This document shows, one piece after another, positions 12,367-24,695 of a DNA stretch of 64,000 nt. The stretch is from the NCBI GenBank assembly GCA_964016885.1, contig OZ024754.1, positions 7,316,001 through 7,380,000 of the forward strand, written 5' to 3'. A program made the position numbers and the translations under genes. The notes beneath the pieces were generated by a model, which was not told where the DNA came from, searched no databases, and worked only from the letters and a program-made list of their open reading frames with translations. Origin of the DNA: Eledone cirrhosa (Eukaryota). How positions within the stretch are numbered: the stretch's first letter is position 1; every line of letters starts with the position of its first letter.

Positions 12367-12821
12367 GAGATGAACTATGGAGCTGAGAGGCCTAGAAATA
12401 CGATTCCCGGTCCTGAGTTTGATTCCCGGTGGTGTATTTTCTCCTTGAGCAATACACTTTATTTGAAAGAGTGAGTAGCACCTTTAATTCAAAGTGCTAT
12501 CCTTGCCAAACAGTGTGTCATATTGAATCTCCCTGAAGAATATGCATGTGTGTGGAATATTCAGTCACTTGGACTTTGACGTTATACAAACAACTCAAAA
12601 TATCAACGTCGAAACCGATGAAGGTTCAACACAAAATAACCGAACAATTCAAATAAAACGTTTACCGAATCCAGACTTGTCCCTTGTTATATTCCTCCGA
12701 AGAGGAAATTTTATCTCGAAATATCAGGGCAGATAAATAAAAAAGGAAACACATAACATCTTCTTTCGTCGTATCTTCGTAGTCGATTTCGCATTGTCGT
12801 GGCCATCAAACTTCACACACA

Positions 12822-13157
12822 TCTCTCTCTATTTCTCTCTATCACTCTCTCACTTGCTCTCCCTCTCTCTCACTTGCTCTCCCTCTCTCTCTTTCTCTCT
12901 CCTTCTCTTTCTCTCCCTCTATCTCTCTCCTTCTCTTTCTCTCCCTCTCTCTCTTTCTCTCCTTCTCTTTCTCTCTCTCTTCCTCCCTTTCTTTCTCTCT
13001 CTCTTCATCCCTTTCTTTTTCTCTCTCTTCATCCCTTTCTTTTTCTCTCTTCATCCCTTTCTTTTTCTCTCTCTTCATCCCTTTATTTTTCTCTCTCTTC
13101 ACCCTTTTCTACCCCCCCTCTCTCTCTGTCTCTCTCTGTCTCTCTCTCTACATATAT

Positions 13158-13192
<35 letters not shown>
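12822..13192. repeat. (CT)n/CTTT low-complexity tract followed by (TA)n
   Basis: Direct inspection. Confidence 0.95.
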
Positions 13193-13417
13193 GATGTTAT
13201 AGTTATTGCAATGGTTATGATCATTTCCATAGTTTATTCATATTTCCATTTTCAATATTTAGGTTAGTGCATAGTAAAAAAAATATCCACAAATATACAC
13301 ACTAGGAAACATACACACTGAGGCACATACACAGATGCAGTGTAACCAGTTACTGTTAATTGGCGTAAAACTGATATGTATATCGGGTACACATATATTT
13401 ATGTACAGATATCGGTC

Positions 13418-13465
<48 letters not shown>

Positions 13466-13555
13466 GAGACAGAGAGAGATATATGTTTAATAAATGAATA
13501 TACATGAGGAATTTATGGCAATTAAATTCATTATATATATATATATATATATATA

Positions 13556-13598
13556 ATAAAACTATATGTATGTATATAATTATTCATATTCATCCACC

Positions 13599-13640
<42 letters not shown>

Positions 13641-13682
13641 GGTAGATGATTATGAATAATTATATACATACATATAGTTTTA
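13556..13682. repeat. palindrome centred on a (TA)n tract
   Basis: AAAACTATATGTATGTATATAATTATTCATA.TCATC.ACCCACAC is mirrored across TA at ~13602-13633. Confidence 0.85.
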
Positions 13683-14619
13683 TGTGCATTAATATATACT
13701 GATATTTAGATATGCATACATATAGATATACACACATACATATAGATATACACACATACATATAGATATACACACATACGAACCTATAGATATACACACA
13801 TACATATAGATATACACACATACATATAGATATACACACATACATATCGATATATATATATATATATAGATCGCTATAGATGTATAGATATACATGTCAA
13901 ATTCAAGCCAATTATAATCATTATATATGTGTGTACATGTGTAGTTACTTTTGAGAATCTTCGACTATTGTATTAAAACTTATATATCGAAGAAAAAGAG
14001 AGTAAAAAAAAAAAATGATTACTATATTAGTAAGATGGTTTATGTGTAATTATGCACTTAGAATTAAAAGAAAAATTGTAACATCAAAAACAACATAAAT
14101 GCATAATATTAATAACAACAACAAACCACAAAACAGCAAACAACTGCAACATAAAAACATAAACATAATATTAACAGCAGCCATTACAACAATAATGATA
14201 AAGAAATGACAAAACAATAATTAAAAAATATATACGAGACTTCAGAGACATGGATAAGAACTAAAAAAATCGAAGATATTGTTGGACAAATATAAACATA
14301 AAATCAGATTGCTTCCAGCTTGTGTGTATGTGTGTGTGTAGCATGTGTGTATATACATATATATACTCACACATAAATATATATTGATTTAAGACTATTT
14401 TAATTAAAGATGGAAATCAAGTATTATGTTAAAAAATAGCAAAGCTCTTGGAAAAAGATTCACGAAGTATGACGAAGGAAACGAAATCATCAAATATAGG
14501 GTTGATGTGTGAGGTTCAATATCTTTTATGTGAATCATATGTAATCTATGCGTGTGAACTACAGTGAAATACCAGTACAAATGTGTGTATGTGTATGTAT
14601 GTATATGTGTGTGTATGAT

Positions 14620-15155
14620 ATTCTCTCTTTCTCTTAATTTCGAGTATATTTTTGCCCGGCCACCTTCCTGGTGGCAAGGTTGTAAAAGAAAGAAATTGTC
14701 TTGAATCGCAAGAATGTTTTGCAAATTTTGAAGGTGCCAGCTATCGCAGCCATTTGTAGACTATGAATTAGGGAGCTGCGCTCTTTGTCCGCATATCCAA
14801 GTTCAGTTATAAATTGGTCCAAGCGGGTTGGTATATAACCCGTAGCTCCAAAAATGATGGGTATGAAGCTAAAGGTGTATCTTGGATACTGGATTTGAAA
14901 ACTTCTCATCAATGATCCGTAGATGTCCTCCTTCTCCTGTATTTTTCTGACAACTTTTATATCAAGTGGGCAGCTGATCTCCACAACAGAACACGTTTTC
15001 ACTGTGTGGTCCCAAACAACAATATCAGGCCGGTTGTACTTTAATTTGGTGGCAGTTTTTATTTTCAGGTTCCACCGGTATTCTTTAGTGCCATCTGTCT
15101 CAATATATTCTTCTTCGTTTGTTTTTAAATTTGTTTTCCGAAGAATGGTTCTAGA
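14620..15155 (-). mobile_element. 3' fragment of RLE-bearing non-LTR retrotransposon (R4/Dong-like)
   Basis: Translation ...EYRWNLKIKTATKLKYNRPDIVVWDHTVKTCSVVEISCP...KEDIY...IPIIFGATGYIP is a PD-(D/E)xK restriction-like endonuclease; flanked by CATA/TATG repeats. Confidence 0.85.
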
Positions 15156-15164
15156 TGTATGTAT

Positions 15165-15630
15165 GTCAGGTCACCAGTTGGTGCTACTGGTAACATGTAT
15201 CCCAGTACAACCTGTCTCATGGTCGGGTCGTTGGCGACTAAACTGGCAACCCCACCAAGGTTTCTTGGTGAGGAGGGTGACTTTGGACATCCCGCAGGAC
15301 TAAAAACAAAACCTGTCAAAGGGCAAAAGAGCTCTTAAGAGTCAATGGCCATCCAAAATCACCGGGAGAGATGACCCCTTAGCCTTTGTCAAGGCAGAAT
15401 TCTAGGAGAAGGAAAACTCTGATATACACCTGCAACCCTGATGGTATCCAACGATGTTGACTTGTTCTTCTTTTTGGTAAATATCATCTTGGTTAAGAGA
15501 GTGGGACTGGCTTCGTGCAGTGCCTTTGCTCACTATAAAAGCTTCACGGCACAGGCATTGCTTTATATCTGGAGATCTCTCTGCACTTGCGATTGCAATA
15601 CTCTTAGCAGACTTTGCAGCCATCATGTAC
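15165..15630 (+). mobile_element. probable non-autonomous derivative of an RTE-like LINE
   Basis: GC-richer block resembling RTE 5' UTRs (CTAAACTGGCAACCCC...AAAACAAAACCTGTCAAAGGGC), bounded by ATGT repeats; recognised from memory. Confidence 0.45.
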
Positions 15631-16573
15631 ATATGTATGTATGTCGATGTTGTTGATATTTTCTTCTTTTCGGGTTATAGCTACTGTCGTTCAGAGCTTG
15701 GGATTGGCTCAGTACAGGCATCGCATGATAGCATCAATTGAAAATTATTGATAATGTTATATTGTGCTATGGCCATACTCGATAACGAGGGGACAGCCAT
15801 CATAAGGATGGTGTGTTATGAGAATCATATTAAATTTATGCGTGTGAACTACAGTGATATACCAGTACGATTAGTCACTCTAATGTGAAATATTTTCAAC
15901 GGTAGATTTAGTGAGGGTTGGTAAGGTTGGTAAGGCATAGAAATACATTTAATATTAAAGTTAGGACATCAGGGCGTTCGATTTGCAAGGGTGGTATATA
16001 TAAAGTATATTTAAACATTACAGAATATTTCTTCTTATATATCTTAGACATCAGTATCTAACTATGGAGTATATACAAATAACTGTATTGTACATTGTAA
16101 CATGTCTGTATGTCCTTATTATTCTTCATCCGTTTCAATTTAGATACAACAGACATTAATGCAGGGTTTAATTATCACCGTTGTTGATAAATTAAATATC
16201 GTGTTATATATTTCTCAGAAGACAAATGATTATAGAGTTACAAATTTCCATTAGATTGAAATCAGTGTTAAATTCATTACATAATGTCAACGAAGATGGT
16301 AGAAATGGCAGAGACATACTACTTACATTGTCGTCTGTGTATCTGTGTATCTCATAAGTTTATTGAGTGTAAGTCGCTGGGGCAGATGGCTTTGATTACT
16401 TTCTGTGTTGGCAATGCTAATCTACTCTAACGAATTATTGTAATTATAGATTAAATATAATAGACTAATGTAATATAGAGATAATTATGTAAATGTTTTC
16501 ACATTTAGAATAATAATTGAATGTTACACAACGCTAATGTCCTTTTCTTTATTTCTATGTAAACAGAAATGAT

Positions 16574-16930
16574 ATATTTATCTATCTGCAGTTAAATATT
16601 AGTTCGTGTTCAATCACTGATGGGTTGAACGCAGCAGTGATAATATTGGGTCGTCAATTATGAAATTTGTAGAAATTTCTGGAAAAACCCTCAAACTTCT
16701 ACAAATTTCGAACTTGACTACCCAATATTTATCTATCAGAAGTTATTTATTACTTTGTGTTCAACATTATATAATCACTGAGCTGTTTTTAGGCAGCAGT
16801 GATAATATTACGTCGTCAAGTATGAAATTTGTAGAAATTTGTTTGTTTTTCTACACACTTTTACAAATTTCATACGTGACAATATATATATTCCTATCTA
16901 CAGATAGATTTTATTTTGTGTTCAACAACT
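16574..16930. repeat. diverged ~160-bp tandem duplication, each unit with two hairpins
   Basis: Repeated TATTTATCTATC..GTGTTCAA..ATCACTGA..GCAGCAGTGATAATATT..GTCGTCAA.TATGAAATTTGTAGAA...TTYTACAAATTTC. Confidence 0.75.
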
Positions 16931-17016
16931 TATATATTACAATTACAAGACAACACATTGTATACACAATCATGTAGTGGCATACTTTTGTAGTAGTCGT
17001 ACACCATTGCTATTCA

Positions 17017-17770
17017 TAACAGCTCTACTTTACACCGTGTAACAGCTCTACTCTACACCTTGTAACATCTCTACTCTACACCTTGTAACATCTCTACTCT
17101 ACACCTTGTAACAGCTCTACTCTACACCTTGTAACATCTCTACTCTACACCTTGTAACATCTCTACTCTACACCTTGTAACAGCTCTACTTTACACCTTG
17201 TAACAGCTCTACTCTACACCTTGTAACAGCTCTACTTTACACCTTGTAACAGCTCTACTTTACACCTTGTAACAGCTAAACTCTACACCTTGTAACAGCT
17301 CTACTTTACACCTTGTAACAGCTCTACTTTACACCTTGTAACAGCTCTACTTTACACCTTGTAACAGCTCTACTTTACACCTTGTAACAGCTCTACTTTA
17401 CACCTTGTAACAGCTCTACTTTACACCTTGTAACAGCTCTACTCTACACCTTGTAACATCTCAACTTTACACCTTGTAACAGCTCAGCTTTACACCTTGT
17501 AACAACTCTACACCTTGTAACAACTCTACTCTACACCTTGTAACAAGTCTACACCTTGTAACATCTCTACTATACACTTTGTAACAACTCTACACCTTGT
17601 AACATCTCTACTCTACACCTTGTAACAACTCTACACCTTGTAACAGCTCAACTTTACACTTTGTAACAGCTGTACTTTACACTTTGTAACAGCTCAACTT
17701 TACACTTTGTAACAGCTGTACTTTACACTTTGTAACAGCTGTACTTTACACCTTGTAACAACTCTACTTT
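17017..17770. repeat. 23-bp minisatellite CCTTGTAACAGCTCTACTTTACA (~33 copies, some 18-bp variants)
   Basis: Period 23, e.g. 17288 to 17311. Confidence 0.95.
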
Positions 17771-18084
17771 GCCACTCGTAGGAGCTACACTACACCCATG
17801 GAATCCATTCTGTTGCAAACTATCGTAGTGGACCACCGGTTTGAGGACTCTGTTCTCCCTCTCTTCCACCTGTCGGGGATGTTCTAAAACGTCGTATTGG
17901 CACTGTAATTCCCCTCCCACAGATTGAAGAGTAAATATATCGATACACTAAGAATCAATACGCTTTTGAAATTGATAATTGAAATCATAAACTATTTCAA
18001 TATTATAAAAACATTCACCCAACTGACTTAACCAACGTGTTATCGTCTGCCTAACCAATTTAGTTAATTTAATAAGTTACTTTC

Positions 18085-18263
18085 CTTTAATTTTTACAAC
18101 TTTCTTTTTATCTATTTCTGTCTCTCTCCCTCTCTATTTATTCCCCTCCTTTCTCTTTCTCTCTCTCGCTTTCTTTCTCTTTCTCTCCCTCTCTTTCTCT
18201 CTCTCTCTCTTTCTTTCTCTCTCTCTCTTTCTTTCTCTTTCTTTCTCTTTCTCTCTCACTCCC
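18085..18263. repeat. (CT/CTTT)n microsatellite
   Basis: Direct inspection. Confidence 0.9.
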
Positions 18264-18566
18264 TTTAACAACAGCTTTATGATAGAATTATTTCATGCTT
18301 TCTTTCGAGTGTTTTTAATAAAGTTAAAGTTTTCTAGTGAAATTTATTATTGTTATTTCTATATTCTGTATTCTATCTATCACGTGTATAATTCTGTTTA
18401 GTTTTTTTTAAACAATATTATACATTAACAGCACAGTTCAAAATGAGTTTAAAAGTGGTAATTTGTCAAAAATGATATTCTAAAAAGAAAAAAATATGTT
18501 TACGGTTTGTAAGTTGTAGACGTTAACAGCTTTATCAGACTTAATTATATGAAAATGAAAATACGA

Positions 18567-18722
18567 ACACAGAATGTGGGAAACCTTTGACAATAAATAA
18601 ACAACCATCCGGTTATTAAACCAACCAACGGGAAATTTGTAATAAATTGATGTGAAAACCAACAAGTGCGTGTGTTTTTATTGGCAGCATGACTCTCTCA
18701 AAGGAAGAAATAACATTATGTT
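18567..18722 (+). mobile_element. degenerate copy of the hammerhead-bearing element at 58857-59035
   Basis: Shared CACAGAATGTG..CTTTGACAATA.ATAAACAACCATC.GGTT..AACCAACC..GTGCGTGTGTTT.TTATTGGCA.CATGAC. Confidence 0.75.
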
Positions 18723-18765
18723 AAGTCTAAAAACCATCTGACTGATAAAATGACAAGTCATTCAA

Positions 18766-19208
18766 TCATATTGGTGGCCTCCCCATAGCCCCGGCGGACA
18801 GAATGGAGAAGGCGTTTCTCCGGAGGACGGCAAGGGAGACGCGCTGGAAAAGCCATCCCAGCTCGCGAGGCTCACACCTACGGCTGGCCAACTCAGCGCC
18901 TATGGTGGTGAGTAGGGAGGTAGCCCTAGGGACGAGGACACCAGAAGTCTCTACTGCCAAGGGTACAACCGCAACCCTGTCGGAGAGCGACCGGTATTTG
19001 AAGAGTTTGGTCTCCTCGGTCCGACGTGTAGCAGAACCTGGGTTAGTCGCAGACTGCACCATGTTGCGACTGGAGAAAGTGTCAGTGCAAATGGCATCCC
19101 AGACGAGGGGTTTGCCATCGCGGAACGGGAAGATGGTCGCCGCGCCGTCTCCTCGGTCCAGCCCCACCGGCTCGAGCTGGGAAGGGAAGCCTGCAGCGTC
19201 GAAGCCAT
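18766..19208 (-). mobile_element. CRE-clade non-LTR retrotransposon, C-terminal restriction-like endonuclease fragment
   Basis: PFRDGKPLVWDA.CTDT...EETKLFKY..L...VPLAVETSG...RE..WLFQRVSLAVLRRNA fits the CRE RLE pattern; GC-rich. Confidence 0.85.
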
Positions 19209-21144
19209 GTTAAAGTATAACAATATTTGTTTCAACACACGTTTACTCATTGTTAAAACAAATATGAAAACAAAATACGATAAGTTGCTCAACTTTAAGA
19301 CCCTATCACAACGTATTAAAATGTCTGTCTGTCTGTATTTCTGCCTGCTGACATCTGAAAGCTGTTAACCTGTTATCTATCATTGGCTCCTTAGCTTAAT
19401 GGTTAAGGTATGGGGTTCAAAGCCCCGGAGTGTCCGTTGGCAACTTCTTTTTCCGTCTTTTAAGGGTATTCACCCTATCACCCTATTTTATGAGCCATAT
19501 TTATAGCATTTCTGCGCTTGAACACTTTCTTTATACTTATACACACACATACACACACACGCACACGCATATATATATATATATGTTGGAATTGTTTATC
19601 AATGTTACCATTACTGAATTTCCCTCTCAGTTTCTTGTTTCTTTTCTCTCTCCATCGTCTTGCCACGAATGACTTACAGATAACCATCGACATGTTTGAC
19701 AAATTTTTCTAACATGAAATGAAATATTAAAGAGGAAAAACACATGAATAAATAATTAAAACACAAAAAATAACAAAGATATTTCATAACTTTTTAATTC
19801 ACAGATAAAAATTGAGAAAAATGTATGATAGACAGGAACAATAACAAATATATTGAACGAAAATATCATGTCAATCTCAGTACTCAATAAAGCAGATTTT
19901 ATCTGAATGGTGTAAAACATTGTGTAAAATCATATCATTGATGCAATTGAAGTTTCAATGACATATATAATCATTGATGCCAAACGATAAACAAATTGGA
20001 TGTTAATATCTTTGAAAAGCGTCCATTTTAAGTTAGAAATTATATTTTTTTCTAATGCATCAGTGTTTATCTATGCAGCAGTGTTGAGTGTTGACCTTTA
20101 ATGCCAGAGTACAAGATTCTATCAAGGATATATTTAATAAAGATTGTTGAACTACTAATGTGATGAAGCTTAGTTGTATTTAACTGTTTAGTAAAGGGAC
20201 CTCCCTTACTAAACAGTTAAATAGTAAGTGTAATATCCCTGATAATGATCATATTCTAAGAAGGGTGGGTCGGACGGAGGAAAATACCTTGAAAGCATAG
20301 ACCTGGCCCTAATGCTTAAAACAATGCATTGTATATTTTTATTTACCTTTCAGGTAATTCGCTATATACTTAAATCACTTACAATTTAACTATTTCTCTA
20401 TCTATTTATCTCCTCTTTATCTTTTATATATAAATATAAACATAAATGTGTGTGTGTGTGAGTGAGTGTGTGTGTGTGTACGTGTCTGACGTAAAGCGAA
20501 TGTTTTAAAACCAATTTTGCTTGCAAACAAACCGTATATTGATAATATTATGATATAATATTATTATTAACTCACAAATACATTTAGCTATCCACCATGT
20601 TAAAAGCGAAAACAAATTTTGTTTATATATATATAGTTTACTTTAAAATGCTTCTTCTCCATTCCTCATACCGTACATTTAAATTCATTGGTCTAAATAT
20701 ATCATTTGGCAATTATTTACCATTTTCTAAAAATCTATATTACATATTTATTTCTAACAATACAAACACTGTGGTTTTATAAAATCACATAAAATCCTAT
20801 CTGTTTTCTTTGAATCTAAACTTTTACTTATTTTTACTATTACTCTCTTAATAATTTTGTGAACATTCTCAAGTGCATTCATATATATTATACACATACT
20901 AAAAATAAGAAGGTAATTATCTATGCTATAATATTCATTTTGAATTGTGTTTGTATATAAATCTTGATATCCGCAAACAGTAAGGTATATTAGTTTTAGA
21001 AGAATAGACGATAACCAAACGTTACTATATTGGGAATGCAATCACATCGCGATACTTGCTGTAAAACCATACAAAATTGCAATACATGATTGCAAAACCT
21101 TATAAAGCTGAGAGTAATATTGTCTTGCATTATATTAAATGAAT

Positions 21145-21595
21145 GGTGGATTAGCAGTATCGGTAGAGGGTCGGACGCCATATCAGTAATATTGTCTTGC
21201 ATTATAGTAAATAAGGCGGTGGATTAGCAGTATCGGTAGAGGGTCGGACGCCATGCTTTCCAGCATAGTTACGTCCCTTTACGATCTGAGTTCAAATCCC
21301 GCCGAGGTTGACTTTGCCTTTCATCCTTACGGGGTCGATAAAATAAAGTACCGGTAATGCACTGGGTAATTGCTGGCCTTGTGCCTAAAGTAGAAACAAT
21401 TATATTAAATGAATGGCAGTATCGGTAGAGGGTTGGACGCCATGCTTTCTAGCATAGTTGCGTCCCTTTACAGACTGAGTTCAAATCCCGCCGAGGTTAA
21501 CTTTGCCTTTCATCCTTACGGGGTCGATAAAATAAAGTACCAGTAATGTACTGGGTAATTGCTGGCCTTGTGCCTAAAGTATAAACAATTATATT
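21145..21595 (+). mobile_element. tandem SINE cluster (partial head plus two near full-length copies)
   Basis: GGCGGTGGATTAGCAGTATCGGTAGAGGG...GAGTTCAAATCCC (B box)...CCTTTCATCCTTACGGGGTCGATAAAATAAAGTACC...GTAGAAACAATTAT. Confidence 0.92.
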
Positions 21596-21923
21596 AGAAC
21601 TGTTGGATAAGTCATGTAGAAAGAACGTCACCCTGCATAAAGAAGGAATGAGTAGAGAAGGAGAATAGTTGTGATGGCAGACTCGAGATTATATTTTCTA
21701 GGCTGCGGTCTAAGAGGGCTTATTGAAAATAATGGAAATTGGATGTGTGTGGGGAGTGAGGGGTGGGTTGCAGGTAGCTCGATTCAGAGGGAGAACAAAA
21801 AATGAGGAAATATTTTGAAGAAAATATATTGTTTATTCTCAAATTATATATGCGTAAAATATTCCATTTATTTGGCTGTTCTATACGTGTAATTAATTAC
21901 TTTGTATATTATTTGGGCGATGG

Positions 21924-21956
<33 letters not shown>

Positions 21957-22081
21957 CGTACGCACACACACACACACTCATATATATATATATATATATA
22001 TATCAAATATTGAATTATAAACTCGAAATAGTCTTTTACAATTAAATAGCTCAAAGAAGGGAATATTTCCGAGCCGTGTAA

Positions 22082-22188
22082 TACAAATGAATATATGAGA
22101 GGGATGAACTCCGATACTAGCTGACTTGGTCACTTGCAATTCGAACACATGTATACTTGTATCGGTGTTCATCCCTCATATATTCATT

Positions 22189-22193
<5 letters not shown>
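22082..22193. repeat. fold-back inverted repeat next to (TA)n
   Basis: ATACAAATGAATATATGAG.GGGATGAAC.CCGATAC pairs with GTATCGG.GTTCATCCCTCATATATTCATTTGTAT. Confidence 0.85.
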
Positions 22194-22224
<31 letters not shown>

Positions 22225-22226
<2 letters not shown>

Positions 22227-22478
22227 CTATAAGGCAAAGGAACAAGGATTCAGTGTTGTATTCTAACATATTTAATAACATATTACATATGTTTCACTAT
22301 CGATCAGTTCGAGGAAAGACCTATTATAGATCGAACCTGTTATTAAATATGTCATGATGCAACACTGAATCCTTGTTCCTTTATCCTTATAGTATTATAC
22401 GCTGCTCTGCGCGAGCATCGAGTGCTCAACCGGCATTCCGCCTACGGACGCAATTTTCTTGCAACCATACAACTATAC
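22225..22478. mobile_element. (TA)n-adjacent element with inverted arms (22225-22280 / 22338-22393) and half a hammerhead
   Basis: ACTATAAGG.AAAGGAACAAGGATTCAGTGTTG is mirrored; minus strand has GAAA-CATATG-TA. Confidence 0.65.
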
Positions 22479-22494
22479 ACATATATATATCATA

Positions 22495-22870
22495 TGTCCC
22501 GTAGTATGGAGGACCTTTAGGGCGGCACAGATGACCTGGCAACCAGCTCCTTCCATTTCTCTCGCCTCTCCTCCCTCCTCATGGTTACACCCAGCCTCAG
22601 GTCTGTCCATTCCGGGATGTTGTCCTCCCATTTCTTTCTCTGTCTGCCTCTCTTTCTCCTTCCTTCTACTAATCCCTGAAGGACAGTCCCGGAAATCCCT
22701 GAAGATCTTGTCACGTGCCTGTACCATCTCAATTTGCGTTCTACAATGGTCAGCAGGTTTTCGTAGGGACCGAGGGCCTTCTGTGTCGCACCTCCTCATT
22801 GTAGATGCGGTCATTGTAGTTGATATCAAGGAGCTTTCTGAAGCATCTCATCCCCATATTTCTACCAAAC
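22495..22870 (-). mobile_element. RTE-clade LINE 3' fragment
   Basis: RKLRWYRHVTRSSG...VLQGLVEGRRKRGRQRKKWEDNIPEWT is the typical RTE C-terminus. Confidence 0.9.
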
Positions 22871-22957
22871 CTGAACAATAACAGCAGATCTGTACATTTC
22901 TATCAAAGTGGGTGGGATATCTCCCCGCCGGACGGGGAGAGTCGACAGGTCTGATTA

Positions 22958-24695
22958 CACCGTGTAACACAAATGTCTTTTTCTCTGTTCCTGGCTTGTA
23001 ATCACTTTTTTGTGTTGCTTAGGTCCCAAATAAATAAAAAAGTGGTATTAAACAGTTAAAAGTTTGGGTTTGTAAAAATTCTAAGCTATTCACTAGAATT
23101 ATTTGTATGCTGGATTTTACGTTGTATGTAAGTTTAATTTGCTTATGTTAAATGATTTTATTTATATATGTTTCAGGTTAAATTAAAATTATAAAATAAA
23201 GAGTAATACCTAAAGAAAATTATAAAAGTGCAATAAAGTATAAATTTGTTAAAAAGTGGATTAAAGAGATTTATTGATACTGGATTTTCGCACCCTGAAT
23301 AAAGGGTAAGTTGTGTTTTAAGCATTCGTCTCCAGGATGAATCAGTGGAACTTGGTCAAGGAGTAAGTGCAGGTGACAAGTCAGAGAAGTCGACACGAAC
23401 CTTTCTCAGGCTTTTACACTCTTAGGGATGGTCTCTGCTTCTGCTATGACGTGTCTGGACTGTTTGACGTTATTGGGGTGCCGTTTGTCCCCATGGAGTG
23501 GCGGCTATTTATAGACAGCTCCACCACAAGTTTGAAGGCTGTCCTTCTCCACAATGGAAACAAGTACCCGACTCCACCCCTAGCTTATTCAGTCTGCCTG
23601 AAGGAAGATTACTACAGTGTGAAAGTCCTCTTGGAAGTTCTTCAATACAACCAGTACAATTGGGAAATCATTGGAGACTTCAAGATGGTGGCTTTCTTGC
23701 TTGGACTCCAAGGAGGCTTTATCAAATTCCAATGCTTCCTCTGCCTTTGGGACAGCAGAGCCACCTCTGACCACTACAAAAGAAAGAACTGGGAGCAGCG
23801 AACAGAATTTGTTGTTGGGACCCGGAACGTCATGTGGGAGCCACTGGTTGATCCGAGGATTGTGCTCATGCCGCCGCTGCACATTAAGTTGGGGTCGATG
23901 AAGCAGTTTGTGAAGGCTCTCAACCAAGAATCAGCCGCTTTTAAGTACCTTCTTGAGTTCTTCCCCAAGTTATCTGAGGCCAAAATCAAAGATGGAATTT
24001 TTATTGGACCTCAGATAAAGAAGGTGTTTGAGTCTACCGAGTTCTCCAATAAGCTCAATAGGATTGAGAGAACAGCATGGAACTGTTTCAAGGCAGTTGT
24101 TAAGGGCTTCCTGGGCAACTACAGAGCTGAAAATTACCAGCAACTGGTGCAGGATCTGATAAAGGCTTTTGGTGCCATGGGATGCAGGATGTCGCTTAAA
24201 CTCCATATGCTGGACGCTCACCTGAAAGAATTCAAGGACAATATGGGCGCCTACTCAGAAGAACAAGGCGAACGATTTCACCAAGATGTGAAAGAGATAG
24301 AGCGGAGGTACCAGGGTCACTACAATGAAAAAATGATGGGGGACAATATCTGGGGCTAGTGCGGGAATGGGACCTGGACTACAACCGCAAATCAAGGAAA
24401 TCCAGTCATTTCTGACGTGTATAAGTTGCTTTATATGTGCTATTTGTTTTTACTTGTTTGCTTTTGATAAGCTTGTGTAATAAAATAAATATATAGTCTG
24501 TTGATTTAATTATATGAACTGATAAATTTAAAAAAAATGTGTTTTTTCTTGAAAAATATGAACATTTTGAAATATCAAACTCCTGACTACAAACCCAAAC
24601 TTCTGATTAAATAATAAGTTTTTTTAAATAATAATGGGATATAACAAACCAGGAAATGACACTTAGAACCGGGAACAAAAAAATGTTACACGGTG
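22958..24695 (+). mobile_element. Chapaev3-like (CMC) DNA transposon, internally deleted
   Basis: TIR CACCGTGTAACA / TGTTACACGGTG, 3-bp TSD TTA on both sides, internal transposase ORF. Confidence 0.85.
23330..24414 (+). pseudogene. Chapaev3-like transposase, N-terminus missing, in-frame stop at ~23364 and frameshift near 24355
   Basis: Motifs WRLFIDSS..SLKAVLLHNGN, GDFKMV, CFLCLWDSRA, PPLHIKLG.MKQFVKAL, EEQGERFHQD; shifted frame continues LVREWDLDYNRKSRKSSHF*. Confidence 0.88.

Noticed and set aside
15165-15255. Possible HDV-like ribozyme at the RTE-like 5' end
   Set aside because: P2/P3/P4-like pieces are visible but no convincing P1/P1.1 could be built by eye.
17017-17770. Regular short repeats resembling a CRISPR array (also 39648 and 41574)
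   Set aside because: Head-to-tail with no unique spacers; eukaryotic minisatellites.
17771-17930. GC-richer exon-like patch after the minisatellite
   Set aside because: No recognisable protein in the frames read and no clear splice pair.
21215-21310. tRNA gene-like A/B boxes
   Set aside because: SINE heads with no cloverleaf, continuing into the SINE body.
22920-22940. GC hairpin TCTCCCCG-ccgga-CGGGGAGA
   Set aside because: No CTRR Helitron end or other context; too short to interpret.
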